A stretch of DNA of 64,000 nucleotides from Balanoglossus misakiensis (GCA_040954595.2 CM082583.2:5826849-5890848), one strand, 5' to 3'. Positions 27,058-40,528 are shown, numbered from the stretch's first letter. Notes: generated by a model from the sequence alone, not told the origin. Numbers and translations: made by a program.

Positions 27058-30000
27058 CCCCTTTACGGCAATATCTACAGCATTACGACGACAGCTACTA
27101 TACGTTACCATAAAAGGGTTCATTGAGCGGAAATATAGCTCTGGCTCGTGAGAATTTGAGCTACATATATTTTAGAAAGTATGTATTGAATAATGCAGAA
27201 TTGCATAATAACCTCTGCATGATCTTGTAGAATTTGCATTCATTCCAAACTCTTTCAACATTCACATTTTCCAAAAAATACTGATATGACAATTCTAGTA
27301 ATAGCAGTACAGACATACTGAATAATGGAATGCCAACACATTAGAGTCTTTAGTAAACAGGATATCGGAAAAGCGACGTGCACTTTAAGAAAACGAAAAT
27401 GAATTTTGCAAAACAATGATAACGGATTTTCCTTTTCATCCCGATATGTCCATACTTCATGTTGAAAAAGTAACAATTTTGAGTCAGGCTACATTTTAAC
27501 CCATAGTCTGCGACAAACAGAGTATGCCCATTACTACCGCAGCGAAGCTGGCGAATGCCTGTTAAAGATGAGAGTCTTCTTGTATCATGCACTTATAACT
27601 GGAACTGCCGCCAAAAACGAAACCAAACAATACGTCTGCGAGAATGAGTCGCGTTTTAAAGAGACACGTCGAAGGGCCTCCTTAAGTTTGGAAATCACCC
27701 GTTCTTGCATGTCGCAATATTAATTTAACGGGAATATCGCAGAATGTACACAGAGCAATTCCAGTCTACACGCTCGCGTTTTACTGATTTTATAGGCAAC
27801 AGACAGGAAAAACGCCATTCGCCGTGACAACTGTCATAAAAATGTTTGTGGAATTACCAATCTTCAATAAAAAGGGGAACGTTTTATCACACAAGTCGAT
27901 TTTTATATCCAGGTAAGCTAAAGTAGTTATGAAACTATTTGAGTACGTTCATAAAACGGTCTCATCAATGACTGCCAATGAAATTCAATGTGCAAACAGT
28001 ATTATTCATTCTAAAATCAGTGAACAGCGATTTTCATAGAAGTGAGACCAAAACAGCTGGTGAAAGAACTTCGACCTTTCATAAATATATGAGAGTCATA
28101 AAAATGAAGCTAAAAGAACTAAGGCACAACACACAATGTAGAAGTCATTATGAGTGGGATGACAAAGACACAGAAAAGAGGTTAAGAGTTTATTTCCATC
28201 AAGGCCGCATGTTCTGAACGATTTTGGAGGATATTTGTAAGTGAAAATACAATCTGTCACTAAAAGGGGATTGAACCACACACTACGTAAAGCATTTCCC
28301 ATCTAAATATACCTGCATACCCTTTCCCGCCTTTCGATTTGCAAGTTCAAAATTATATCCCTCGAACACAATATATAGGCTGCCGAATACAGACACAGGT
28401 ACATGTAACCATGAAGTATGATACATTTTGTATTATTTCAGCAGGTTCTTGCGGCTGATGTGCCTTTCAGAATCCATCGTTGACAAATGATTAGAGTTAC
28501 TTCCGAACGTGAACAGGGTGGAATAGTGTCTTTTGCAACACCGACATTTCTTTATAGAATTCTCTTTGTCTTATGACGAATACATACTGTCCATGACACA
28601 CGAAAGCGGATATAAACGAAGGAGATTGTCAATCCGTTCAGCTGACCTTCAGAAACATGGGAAGCAGATGGCTGAAAATGTTGTCGTACACAACTCAACA
28701 GTTACTACATTAGCCATCTCATCTCAATAGCGAGTATTCAAGGATCATCTTAGGTGTCATGTGACAGTGTGTGCTTTGCAGATTCGGATCCTTTTTACAC
28801 CCACGTGAGAGCAAAATCAGCTCGAATAAGTGAACAGAGTACAAAGGGAAGTGTGGACCTGAAGGACTCTCGGTATGGCGATATAGTGTGGTGTGTGTTA
28901 TGTGTGTGTGGTTACTGTGTGTAGAAACATCTAATCCGTCTATACGAAACACCGTACTGCATATTAAAAGTGTATACCATTATAGGTTTATATAGGTAAA
29001 TGTTGGCACCAAGCATATCACAAGAAATAAGCAGAAGAATAGTTCGGGGGATCTAGGCCACATGAAGCCTGAAGTTAGTTACTTTTGTGACATTTTAGGC
29101 AGGTTGCAGTTTCGAAGAAAACCGGCTCGGGGAGATGCAAGTATAAAGGAAGTCGTCTCGTATCATGACATCCGACGGGGCCACCTCTGCAAAACATGCA
29201 CGTCTTCCGTCTATGATTGCGATTCACGAGTAAAAGCTCAAACAGGCTAAAGCAGGGAATGGGTAAACGGACGGTGGGTACAAATGGCGTTGGATGTGGC
29301 TCAGCATGCTTGAATGGTCTTTGTCGGGCATCGCTCTCCTGCAGCTGCTGGGACTGTTTAGTGTGCCAACTTATTGATCTGGAAAAGACTCCGCGACGTC
29401 GCCGTTTGATCATGCAGTCAATGCGCGAAGTGGGGATACAAGTGACATATCGAGTCACGCGAATTTAATCTCACTTGCTTAATGGGCGAGTTATTCTTCA
29501 GATACCGCTGTGTGAAGTCAGGTTGTCATTGTGAAACGCTGAAAAGGGGGAGTCTTACAAGTTATCTGGGGAAATTACAAATCCACAACACACACGCCTT
29601 ATCGGCTGTACATTAATACTTAATGAAGTTCAACGAAGGGTGATGTCAAACTTAAAACCATAGCTATTATGCATAGTATTACAGGATCAAATATGGTGAC
29701 TCTACGGAACGATACAGATTGCAGAGTTTGCAATCCAAACACTGGTCGGCTGTCAGATATGACATCCACTGACAATGAAATATACTAACTATTGTCACAC
29801 AATTACATATGTATCTAGTTGCTGTAAAATGTTAGACTGGAAGTCATACAGATTTATACTCAGAGCCGAGAGATGTTATATCCGTCACAATGAACATTGA
29901 TGCGTGTTAGTGAATAATTTATCGTTTGGACAGTGTCTCAGTTTAGGCCTAAATGTCGAACGAAACAGTTTGTACTGTAATCAATCTCATGTGGAAAAAA

Positions 30001-31028
30001 TCCAAAATCCATTATAAGGAGGGTAAGAGATTTATCTTGAATACGCTACCTACATGACCAGTCTAGACAATAAGGTTTCACTTGCTCAATCGCTTGCCAA
30101 ATATACTCCGGAAACATGAAATGGCGATTAAGCCTGATACTGCCTTTGGAAAAATTATTATTTCAATCCTTGGCGGTGGATTGAATAGATCAAATTCTGG
30201 CGCTTCCGTCTTCAAGTTGCAAATTATTTATCTGTTTAAATCTTTGCTGTTCGTTTGTTGACGTCGCCTACGCTTGAAAACCTTTCCAATGGTCATACTC
30301 CGGTATAATCAGTATCACCCAAGTTGCTTTACATTTGACTTCAAACAATCGAATCGATAAAACATACACCTGAGGTACAGCTGGTCTGCCTTTAGGGATT
30401 TATGGCTTGGCCAAGTGTTGATGTTTCATGGTATCACATTGAACTAATTTACGAGTAATTAGGACATATATTGAGATTAGGTGTGCTGGATTTAATATAT
30501 CAAAATGATATAATGACTTGATGATAAGGGCCTTCCTTACTTCCCTTTGGTGACGTTTGCCTTTGAATAGGAGAATCTAATTTCCGTCTACTGTAATTTG
30601 CCAGATTGTCCACGAATAATACAACTGATAATTCATGAATGGGTAGTTCTTGCTTGATTTGACCGGCTTAATTTTCTAATTGTTACAATGATGTTACACA
30701 CACATATACAGACATACAGACCTACTCACATAGTGACATTACACACACGTATTTTCAAGATAGTATATGAACGTTTCAATATTCATGGTCACCAAAATAC
30801 TGTTATTAATCTAAGTATATTACTTCGCCTAATGCAAAAAGAACCTTTCGTTTCAATTTACATTGACAGTGGGGGTCATTTCCACAATGCTCTGATTGCA
30901 TTTACCATTTTGTTCTGTCTCGAACTGAGAAAAAGTCAGAGTTATTTCAAACATACCCCGACTCATTAGTCGTCAACATCAAAGTGTTTGTGGACTGTGA
31001 GTTCAGTATATATACGCTGCCAAGTTAA

Positions 31029-31202
31029 AGGTATACGGTCACCTCCAATTTACATATCGCCATATATAGTTGAAATGGCGTATTTGAGCGTTCTAAAGAA
31101 CGCTTTATTTTCGCGTGTGCCACCCACTGAAAATCTGTGATTGGTTAGATCTCGATTTACCATGGTAACTGTGGCTAAATTTGTATAGGTGACCGTATAC
31201 CT
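31029..31202. mobile_element. 174-bp MITE with perfect 16-bp TIRs and TTAA target-site duplication (Kolobok-like)
   Basis: TTAA(31025-28)|aggtatacggtcacct ... aggtgaccgtatacct|TTAA(31203-06). The TIRs are exact reverse complements. An AG terminus with a TTAA TSD fits Kolobok better than piggyBac (CC terminus). Confidence 0.9.
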
Positions 31203-34012
31203 TTAATGTATACGATGTGCGATGTCACACCAGTTTGCACGCATTCCACTGCCCTCCTATATCGGAACATTAGATGTAGATGTCTGTGGTCTTTCTTATT
31301 TTGATATTTTAAAAACTCTGAGTGGACAATGACGTCACAGTATGATCAGAGGTTTAAGACACATGACTGTAATCGTATACAAATCATTTGTCAGAGGCGA
31401 CACTGAGCATGATTGCCTTATTCTTATATTGTACAACAAAACTCCATGCAGAACTCACATTGTATCGATAATACACACTCATGTGGATAACAGGAAATTG
31501 TATCAAGAATCATTTTTCATTTCGATTACTAAGGCACAGCTATGGAATGAACAGCCATGGGGATACAATGTTTTACCTTCTGGTAGTCATATGTCACAAA
31601 TATTAATCTACGTGGTTATGGGAGTTCCAGTGTAAACACCGTTTCACTAATTTCCTGTTCAGCAAACAGGATGCCAGTTCGATTAACTGAAGTCATACGA
31701 AATACAGTAACAATGTACCTTTATGCTGTGTTACTTCATGGAGCTAGAAGGGACGTGAATATATATTTACCTGTTGTTGTGCTGAAGCTTGAGAATATTC
31801 AGTTTGTAAACAACAAGTTGGGGAGAAGGGTGTTTGCAATCGCTCGTAACAAACCGATTCGGTTTTCCGTCAAAAAGGACGGCTTGCGCGTTGGTAAATT
31901 GTGTAATAAGTTAAACTCGATCCCACGAGTCCAACACGAGCACGTAAACTTACGCCGAGCAACGTGTGAGCAACAATTAAGGATTTTTTCCGAGGCGAGT
32001 CGCGTACTACGTCAATTTGGTTTATTAGGAAAGTACATCGCCTGCGCAAGATTTAAGTTTAGCGGTGGCACGGGGGCAATATCACGACAGAGTGACAGGG
32101 TCTCCCCTTTGACCCGTAAAGTCAATAAACCAGACTGTGGGTAAATAACTGGAGGGGTTTCGCTCACCGTTCTTCACTGTTTTAGAGGGAGAAGTTACGA
32201 CGCTCCCGCACGATAACGGCGCAAGGCAGCAAACTTCGGACAAGATTTAAAGGAGGTCTCCAGTATCTCCCTTCTGGATCGTTCTTTTATCGCAGCCGTT
32301 ACCCTCGACGGTACGCCGATTTCTTTTTAATGACTTTTTTTTGCGTGAACTCGGGACGTGTTAGTCCGGCGGAATGTACAGTTGCGGCGGCTGAGTTCAT
32401 CATCGCCCTCGGTTGAACAACTAGGTGTTTTTGCGAGGTACGCATAGATTGACGAGAGAAGAGGTCACAGGGCATCCTCATTCAGGATGTAGTTTGTAAT
32501 ACCTTTGACATCGAAAGAACAAACAGAATTGACTTGGGGGGGCTGCAAAAAAAAACTATTCGTCTTTTCACATCCTCTAGTAACAAGACACAGGAAGGTC
32601 ATTGCATGCCAAGATTCAAGTAAAATAGTAACCCGAAACAAAAGTCCTTCTAAAAATTGGGTTGAATTAGGTTTTGTAGTAATGACTGTGGAGAAACCGT
32701 CACGATAGCAAAGACAACATGATACACCAACAGCTTTGACATTTGGCGGGCTGTGGGCGTGATATTTATGATATCATGGTTTCTTGCTGCGTAACGCAAT
32801 CAGTACCCATGTCCCTGAACTCGTCCTGTTTTTTTCCTATCTCGTAGATCATTTAATAAAATTCAACGTATCCCTCACAAAAGTCAACACATTCAAAGCA
32901 AAAAACGACGAAGTGTTAACAGCACGATTTCACAGAGAGACAGGCAAAAGATCGCGGCTCCAGTGTAAATGTGATATCCGCCTAATCTCCCGCGTATATC
33001 TGCCATGTAACGTCGACTCGGATTTACAAATAGCCCTTATCACTGCCAGGATCCCAAAGGCGTCGCGATTTGGAAACATGGTTTTCAATTAGAATGCTAG
33101 CAGATTAGCTTTTATTACAGCGATGTCTGTCTCTTTCTCCCTGTCTGGCTGTCGTGTTCATGCTCTCGCTGAGCATAGATCCATTTTACGTTTTCCCCCG
33201 TTGGCTGTTTACCTTTGCCATCATTGCAAGTTTACGGTTGAGGTCCCCTAAGATGCCTAGACAGTGACATTCTCGCGATTCAACTCTCGAAGCAGGCGTT
33301 GTTATGCAAATATTATGCAAATATCACTAGCTAAGGGTAAAAGATACGGGTGCCCCCACCTTAACCCACTTACCACCTCTGTATCCCCGCAAAGTTAATG
33401 GCATTAAAATAAAATTACCATCATTCCATTTTCTTTTACAGAGGGAAGTCTGGGTTACAAAGTAAGCGCTGCTCGATGAACCTCGAGACTCATTCCGCAT
33501 TAAGAGATATTATTAGGCTGCACTGATGTTTTTTGTCGGATTATGAGCTAAGATTCCCTCGAGACATTTATTCAGACGTCGGCCTGCTTGCAACACAGAA
33601 CAATACCTTTGACGTGACGTCACTGCGTACATCATGTACGTCTCCCACCAAGTGTTCGTTTTACCGTGCCGGGGAAGGGGTTGGAAATCGAATTGATCGA
33701 TACTAGTGTACTCGACTCGAGCGGTTTTTGTCGAGTGCTTTTAGCTCACTTGTGTTGATTTCGACGTCAATGAAGCGACCGAAGAGATGGTGTACGTGAA
33801 TAAGAAAACCATAGTGGGTTTGTACGCATGCGTCGATGATCATCCCCGACAGCGTGAAGAACTAAACGTCATGTACACGTATCTGAAGTGAAGTAGATAT
33901 ACTCGTGTGATGGCAATATTATTATGCTGTGTAGTGGGGCAAAACACGCTTCCTCTTGACACAAACAGACACGGAAACGGCCCATTCATAAACCTACATA
34001 CTGCACCTACTG

Positions 34013-34112
34013 TACCAACCTACCTCCCCTACCTCCCTACATACCTACCTACCTACCTACCTCTACCTACCTACCTACCTACCTAAATGAATAAATAAAT
34101 AAATAAATAAAT
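34013..34112. repeat. Compound (CTAC)n + (TAAA)n microsatellite
   Basis: Directly visible: ctacctacctac... then taaataaataaa. Confidence 0.93.
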
Positions 34113-36167
34113 TTCGACAAGCTAATCTTCTTTTACTAAGCTTTAAAATGCACGCAGTATTTTGTTCCTTGTCCCTGTCCTTTCCACTTTTGCAGATCAG
34201 TTAGGGCACGACGGAGGATTAAGAAATATTGGCATGTACCATCAGCCCACGCCGATCACCAAGCTTGATCTATAAATACATGTTAGAAAGAGTGTGCGTC
34301 ATAGAAACGATGGCCATTTTCGAAACCCCAAAACGCTTTTGGAGGCCAAATAACCATCATTATGTACATAACACGATATGTTGCCGAGTACATTGTGCAT
34401 CAGCCGTGGTGAACAGGGAACGACCCAGAGCCTGGCGCCAAAATCCTGAGTACGTGGATGGCATGGCAACTATCAGCAGCCATATAAGTCCGGATAACAG
34501 TATCATTCCATCCGTGACTCCATCGCAACGAACCACGGTATGACGCTAGTATTTCACAGGGATTCAGGCGGTGATATGTTATCTACCGTTTTATGGTCTG
34601 ACTACATGTACATCCTTTCAACTGTTTTATGCATCATGCCGCCGAAATTAAGCAGTTCGTTTTAAAATCCGAGCTGCGATTGCAATAAAAAGTAGTATCC
34701 TAGTATATTCCTTGCCAAACTTGAATGTCCTTAATTGATATACTTGAGTTTCATATTCGTTTGACCTAGGTTGACCTCTACTGATAGCTCCGCGCAAAAA
34801 AATGAAGTGACTGGATTATCATTATTCTCTCTGGGACTCTCCCTGTCACATGCGATGTACCCGGAGATCCCCACTGAATTAAAAACACCATCAGCGATGG
34901 ATAATTTTAATTCCTCTTCGGTTTCGCGATGTACAATACACGGGCATCAGGTGTATACTTTCAGCGCCCAGGGGTTTCTTTCCCTTCGTCGACAGAATAT
35001 AAAAATTTGCCAACTGTAAAACATTGCAATTCAAGGGACATTTTTCCTTTTTAATTAACGACGCACTGTAGCTTCGATTTTCAGCGAATTGGCTTGTGTA
35101 TGTAAAATATCCGTCACATATACGATTACGTTCGGTTGAAGAGTGTTGAAGATTTCACGATGAATTTACACTGGCACGAGACGATTGTTTAAACAGGTTC
35201 GTAATAATAATGTGCTACATACAGAGCTATACATGGTTGGCCGCCACAACGTTAGAAATGTCTGCTAAAATATGCGACAAAACTAAAAAATAAGGAATTC
35301 GAGTCATCCTTCTTATGTCAGCAGTTTATCAAAAGAACTCGTCAGCAGTCTGCATGAAAATATTTTTGTCTCAAGTGCAACGCACACGCAATCAGCAAAT
35401 CAGTCTATTAACTGTGCTCTTCGACAAAAAGCTACGCGTACTCGGTGGAAATTTCGCGTGATAAATGTGACGATCAGACTTGCCCCTCATAGAGATGGTA
35501 TTATATTCTCACCGTTATAGTAATATCATTTAGACATTTTTTCCCTTCAATTCTGACAATTCACACGTCGTTAATGCCGTGAAGCGTCTCTTCTCACGAC
35601 ACACTTATTGACAGTTATAACGTCACCGAAAGATATACTACGCAAAAAAATGCCAATCATCATAATGCGTTCAGGATTTAATATGTTTTATGTCGAATAT
35701 GAAAAGTGGGGGGGGGGGGGGGAGCGTACGTACACGAACCTCAACCCATTTGCACACGTCCTGATGTTTGGAAAGGATTGATTAGGAAAACGCCTGCGCC
35801 ACATTATAGTGATAGTGAAATACTGGGAACATGTACATTAATGTAGACATATACCGTGTACACCATTTTCCCCTACTAGTCGGCTTACGCTGGTCGGCAC
35901 TTTAGAAGACCAACTATGACATTTCAGATGAAATTTGAAAATGTACCATTTCTTCTTATGACGTCATAGCAAATTGATGGCATGTAGAAATGTTCATATT
36001 TTACGAGACAATTTCTGCCAACCTTTCAGTCGTTTTGGAAAAAAATGTGGCTTCGCCTTCTCGTACTGAAGGAATTTGACAGAGGCAACCAAAAACACAA
36101 CCAAACACATAAACGGTCCATTAGGCTAGCTATTACTAGTAGTTCACAATTGATATTTTAAAATTCT

Positions 36168-36214
36168 AAACAAACAACAAACAAACAAACAAACAATCAG
36201 TCAGTCAATCAATC
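36168..36214. repeat. Short compound (AAAC)n/(CAGT)n/(CAAT)n microsatellite
   Basis: aaacaaacaacaaacaaacaaacaaacaatcagtcagtcaatcaatc. Confidence 0.85.
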
Positions 36215-38705
36215 GCGGTAGAGAATTTGTCAACTTGAAGGAAACAGGGTATTTCCCATGATCCTTCAGTCCTCAAAATGGTGCCCCATTGCCTGAACCT
36301 GTATTTTACTCGACCAATGCCCTAAGCCAGCGACCGTTGGGCATTGATTATCTCATAACATGTGTCGATTATGCATTCGATCCATTACAGAAGAACAAGT
36401 TTTGCATTATCTCGAGAGAAGGGGAGAAATTACGGGCATTATTGGCGCTAATGGACCCTTTTGTAGCCCGCGTAATCTTTCCCAACCAATTTGTAACGAA
36501 CTGATTCCGACTCCTTTGACTGTTAATTAAATTCCGACCGTGTATGTATCCCCAGCGGGGTCGCGTCAAGGGTGTACAAAAGGGAAGCCAAATGTTGCAT
36601 TCAGATTTTTTTCTGGAAGCGCTGAAGAGGAAAAGGGGTGACTTAAAGCGAGACTAAACAAAATGATTCTTCTGAGGACATGTTTTTTTTTCTTCCTCGG
36701 CCTGAAAGACCCGCACATGAACAGATGAATGCGTTGCCGGGATCAACGGGATTAAGGTTATCAATGTGTGCTCGCTGAGAGCTTCCAAAGCAAAAACGTG
36801 ATAGTTGTCTTTAAAACCAGAACTGGGATATCAAAACACGGGGCGAGGCGACTGCAAGAACTATCCGTACTTTCTTTGTGGATATAAAATCGTCGATCGC
36901 AAGATTGTAATTTCCTCAGTGCTGGGTTGTGTGTGGACCACTAACACAGGTATACTGAGGAATCGCCTGCTCATGCAAGGCTGTGTTTGAATTTGCGGCC
37001 AACGCTAATAAACGTGTGTAAATGAGGTTATAAATCTGCCGTCTTTTCCAAAGGTGTTAGGGGGGGGGGGGGTGTTATAGAAAAACATATATACATGACT
37101 ATATAGTGACATTGTCTTCTAACACCTTGGTAATTTTACGGCTGATTAGTCGTCACGCTCAATTAGCATGTATTCATTTCGCCCCCTCTACATGACGCGT
37201 ACAGATTTACAGGATACACCTGGATTGAAGATCTGAAACACTACCGCAATACTGCTGATCATTAATGGAAATTGTATGAGCGCGCCCTGACTTTTCGGAA
37301 ATGATTTTTAAAATATTACGATCGCTGCAGCAGCTGCTTGTAACGTTATCACTCACTTGCGTGTATATTATCCTCGTAATTGTCAAACGCAAAATATGTT
37401 TTAAAAAACGGCCATCATATACATGGACATAACTACATGACCACAGAATCAATGTAAAACTCTCATAAAAACAAATGCCGCCGATTTCACCGCAGTACAT
37501 TAATCCCAGAGTTAAAATAATGAAACAGAACTGACGAAAAAAATAATGGATGCGTTTACGATAGCATTGCAAAAAAGACAGCGGGTTTATTGGTGGTTGT
37601 AAAAGCTTTATTCGCCATTTCTGTAATCTCACTGACTTCCACAAGTGTGTTAAGCGTGTGAAATATAGACGCACATTTAACAGATATTAAAACGCAAATG
37701 AGCAAATTGCTAGGAGTCACCATAGCACCCGTATACTTTATGTACCAGCCGTGACCAAATGAGACTGAGAAACGAATAGATTTCAAGTAAACGAAATTAT
37801 CCTCGATTGAAAATTGTATTTTTTTTCTATTTCACAAACTCTGGCTGGTGTAAATAGTGAATACAATGTAGATCTGATATCACGCACATTGGAACGAGAC
37901 ACAACTTTTAAAAAAAGTAATAGCTCCGTGGGAGGAAGCGAAAAACACAACATCAGACGCACAACAACCTTCATGCTCCACGTACTAGGCTTGCGGGGGA
38001 AATTGCATTTTCTGATGCGAAATCCTCTTGACAGTTTTTCATTTACCAAAAATACATTATCGTTATTAATTTGCTCGTTCGTTTTGAAAGTACTACAACC
38101 GCCGAGGCTTCCTTGACAGGCAACGGCATTTTGTTAGAAAAAAGACCGGATAGCTATTTGAACCGCGTCACTTGACCCCAAACAGCAATAATGCATTATA
38201 CACCGAATCGATCCTCGCATCACATCAAAACGAGCGCGTATTTGCCCCGTTGTATATCTGTTTTGAGTCCGTCGACGGAATAAATGGAAATATTTCTCTC
38301 CCAGCGCTGTCAAAGAAAATCGCGTCAAATATAGAATTGCCTTTGTGTACTCGTAAATGTACAAAGTAATTCTGGCTGTCGGCTATAATTACCATACGAG
38401 GATGCAATTTCAGGATGCGCGCAGGTAACGACGTGCGCAGGTGAGAAGTCGGCGGCCGGGGGTGATTTATCGCTATCGCCATCAAAATCTGGAACTATGA
38501 GATTTTCTGGGACACTGCAGCTGGGTTACATCACAGAAATGTTGTCATTCGACAGTATCAGATGCTCCTACAGTTACAGCATCGCATCGTTTCATTTCAT
38601 TTCACTTATGGAAAGAGGGCCATATTCAGACAACTCAGGCTTTTACTCCTCTCGCCGAACAACGGGCAGCAACAAATCCGACGTGTCTATGGATTTCTAT
38701 GTATT

Positions 38706-38717
38706 TGTCTGTCTGTT

Positions 38718-38780
<63 letters not shown>

Positions 38781-38823
38781 ATGTGTATGTATGTATGTAT
38801 GTATGTATGTATGTCTGTCTGTC
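38706..38823. repeat. Compound (TGTC)n/(TATG)n microsatellite
   Basis: Directly visible. It explains the CLSV/CMYV and DRQT repeats in several overlapping ORFs. Confidence 0.97.
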
Positions 38824-39350
38824 AACCGCCGTCTCTCCGTCCTCCGAAGCAAATGTCATGGCTAGGCTTTCCTTACATTTAATTCCCTGGGCACAACCAT
38901 GGCCGGTGCATTGGTCCACCGTTTGTCACATCGTATCCGGCTTCGCATATTTCACGATCGCGCCTCCAACCGAGCGGAAAAGTCACCGTGTATACACGCA
39001 CTTAGTCAGAACTATTAATACGCAGATATTTCGCCGGGGTACAATGTATATGTATCCGCAGGCAGTGTGCATTAAGTGTTCAGTAATGATGGCGGAAACA
39101 ACAGAAGTTTCGCGGAGAGCAACAGCCGCGTGCCAGAGCCACGGAAATTAACAAACCTATTTACATTAAATCGATTCCTAATGCCCCGAAACCCTCTAGA
39201 TCCGCCGTAGACAAAACGGATTGGATTGGATCAGGGTAGGATCATTTCAGTGGATGAATGCACTTGGTGAGAATAAAGTATCACGGTATTACGTGCTGTT
39301 TTACATTTCCAGACTATGGCTGTATACCACTCCGCCGCTCGGTGATATAA

Positions 39351-39356
39351 TTTATT
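39351..39356 (-). promoter_or_regulatory. Candidate polyadenylation signal (AATAAA) for the GPCR gene
   Basis: tttatt on + reads AATAAA on -, about 190 nt downstream of the stop codon. The motif is common in AT-rich DNA, so support is positional only. Confidence 0.3.
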
Positions 39357-39547
39357 GATTTCCACCCACGAAAATCTCTAAAATCTTTATGGAGAGCGGA
39401 CTGGGGGAAGCAGTTTTAAGCCCCAATATTAAAATGTATACATGTATCCCCGAAGACACCCATATGCAGTGTATTTACATCAACTTTATCTCCCTGTGAC
39501 AAGTGAAAGAAATGTTTGGTGAAAGGGATTACGCGTGCAGAGACGAA

Positions 39548-40528
39548 TTAGTGTTGCGAAGCAGGCGTTGCGGCCCGGCCATGGGTGGACGTCACTGCCG
39601 AGTTTTCTTGATATTTCAAGGTTAGCGTGGTGACCCTGGCGTTGAACGACAGGAAAATAAACGGATTCACGGCGCAGTGTGACACACCGAATATTGCCAT
39701 TACCGCGTACACATTGCGGTCGATTCTCAGCTGAGACTCCTCGCTGTAGAATCTGTACAGATCAATGGCGAAGTAGGGCAGCCCACAGAGAACAAAGACC
39801 AGGATGATCGCGAAAGTCATACGGAGGGACTTCATCTTCGCCCGCCGGCGCCTCTCGCCCTTCCCCGGGAGAACGGTATTCCTCTTCTGCCAAAGCCGCA
39901 GGACGATCCTCGTGTAGCACGTCGTGATAATCAAGAACGGGAGGAAGAAGTTCACGATGGCGACCAGCGTGAGGTATATTTGCTTTTGCCACATTTTGAG
40001 AGCGCTGTGGCAGCCCATCTTGCCGTTCTCGCCCGGCATCAGCGTCCAGAGAAACACTTGTGGAATGGACAGCGAGAAGGACAAGACCCAGGCGGGCAGG
40101 ACCATGTAGTTGACGGGCAGACGCTGTTTGAACGGGTACAGGACAGAGTGATAGCGATCGATGGCGATCACAACCACCATGTTGGACGAGGAGAAGAGCG
40201 CGAACCCTTGGAGGAGTTTGAAGAGGCGACAGCCGACGTCTCCTATCAGCCACGTATGGTGCAGCAACTCCACTATGACGTGCGACAGCAGGCAAATGAA
40301 GGCGACGAGCAGGTCCGCCGTGCACAGATGCACGATGAAAGTCTGTATTCGGTTGCGGGCACGGCGATGGTACCACATCCACACGAACACGGCGACGTTG
40401 CCGCATATGGAGACGATGAACATCACGGCCAGAACGGCGAGTCGAAGTCGACGGTTATAGTCCGGGCTTTGCCACACTTGATCCGACGAGGAATTCATAC
40501 TGCTCTCGTTCGACGCCATCTTCGTCAT
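39548..40528 (-). CDS. GPR150: Intronless rhodopsin-like (class A) GPCR, vasopressin/oxytocin/GnRH/CCAP receptor superfamily, GPR150-like, 326 aa
   Basis: Seven hydrophobic segments with TM1 GN, TM2 LCTADL, ECL1/TM3 WxxGDxxC, IAIDRY, TM4 W...SIPQ, ECL2 Cys, TM5 FFLP...CY, RAKMKSLRMT, TM6 CGLPYF and TM7 NPFIF. N-terminal N-glycosylation sequons NES and NSS. GC-rich coding composition contrasts with the flanks, and an in-frame TGA lies a dozen codons upstream of the ATG. The second Met (aagATGg, 40519) has the better Kozak context. The GPCR call is secure; the GPR150 symbol comes from recalled similarity and is tentative (about 0.6). Confidence 0.95.
   Translation of the reverse strand: MTKMASNESSMNSSSDQVWQSPDYNRRLRLAVLAVMFIVSICGNVAVFVWMWYHRRARNRIQTFIVHLCTADLLVAFICLLSHVIVELLHHTWLIGDVGCRLFKLLQGFALFSSSNMVVVIAIDRYHSVLYPFKQRLPVNYMVLPAWVLSFSLSIPQVFLWTLMPGENGKMGCHSALKMWQKQIYLTLVAIVNFFLPFLIITTCYTRIVLRLWQKRNTVLPGKGERRRRAKMKSLRMTFAIILVFVLCGLPYFAIDLYRFYSEESQLRIDRNVYAVMAIFGVSHCAVNPFIFLSFNARVTTLTLKYQENSAVTSTHGRAATPASQH

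Noticed and set aside
31671-32144. 157-aa ORF
   Set aside because: No recognisable motif or coding-like composition; this length can occur by chance in 64 kb.
37051-37128. 10-bp inverted repeat aaggtgttag/ctaacacctt around a poly-G tract
   Set aside because: Short, no clear TSD; not enough to call an element.
37207-37674. 155-aa minus-strand ORF
   Set aside because: Non-ATG start, AT-rich, random-looking composition, no motifs.
38497-39151. Overlapping Cys/Leu/Ser/Val-repeat ORFs
   Set aside because: Produced by the stop-free (TGTC)n/(TATG)n microsatellite.
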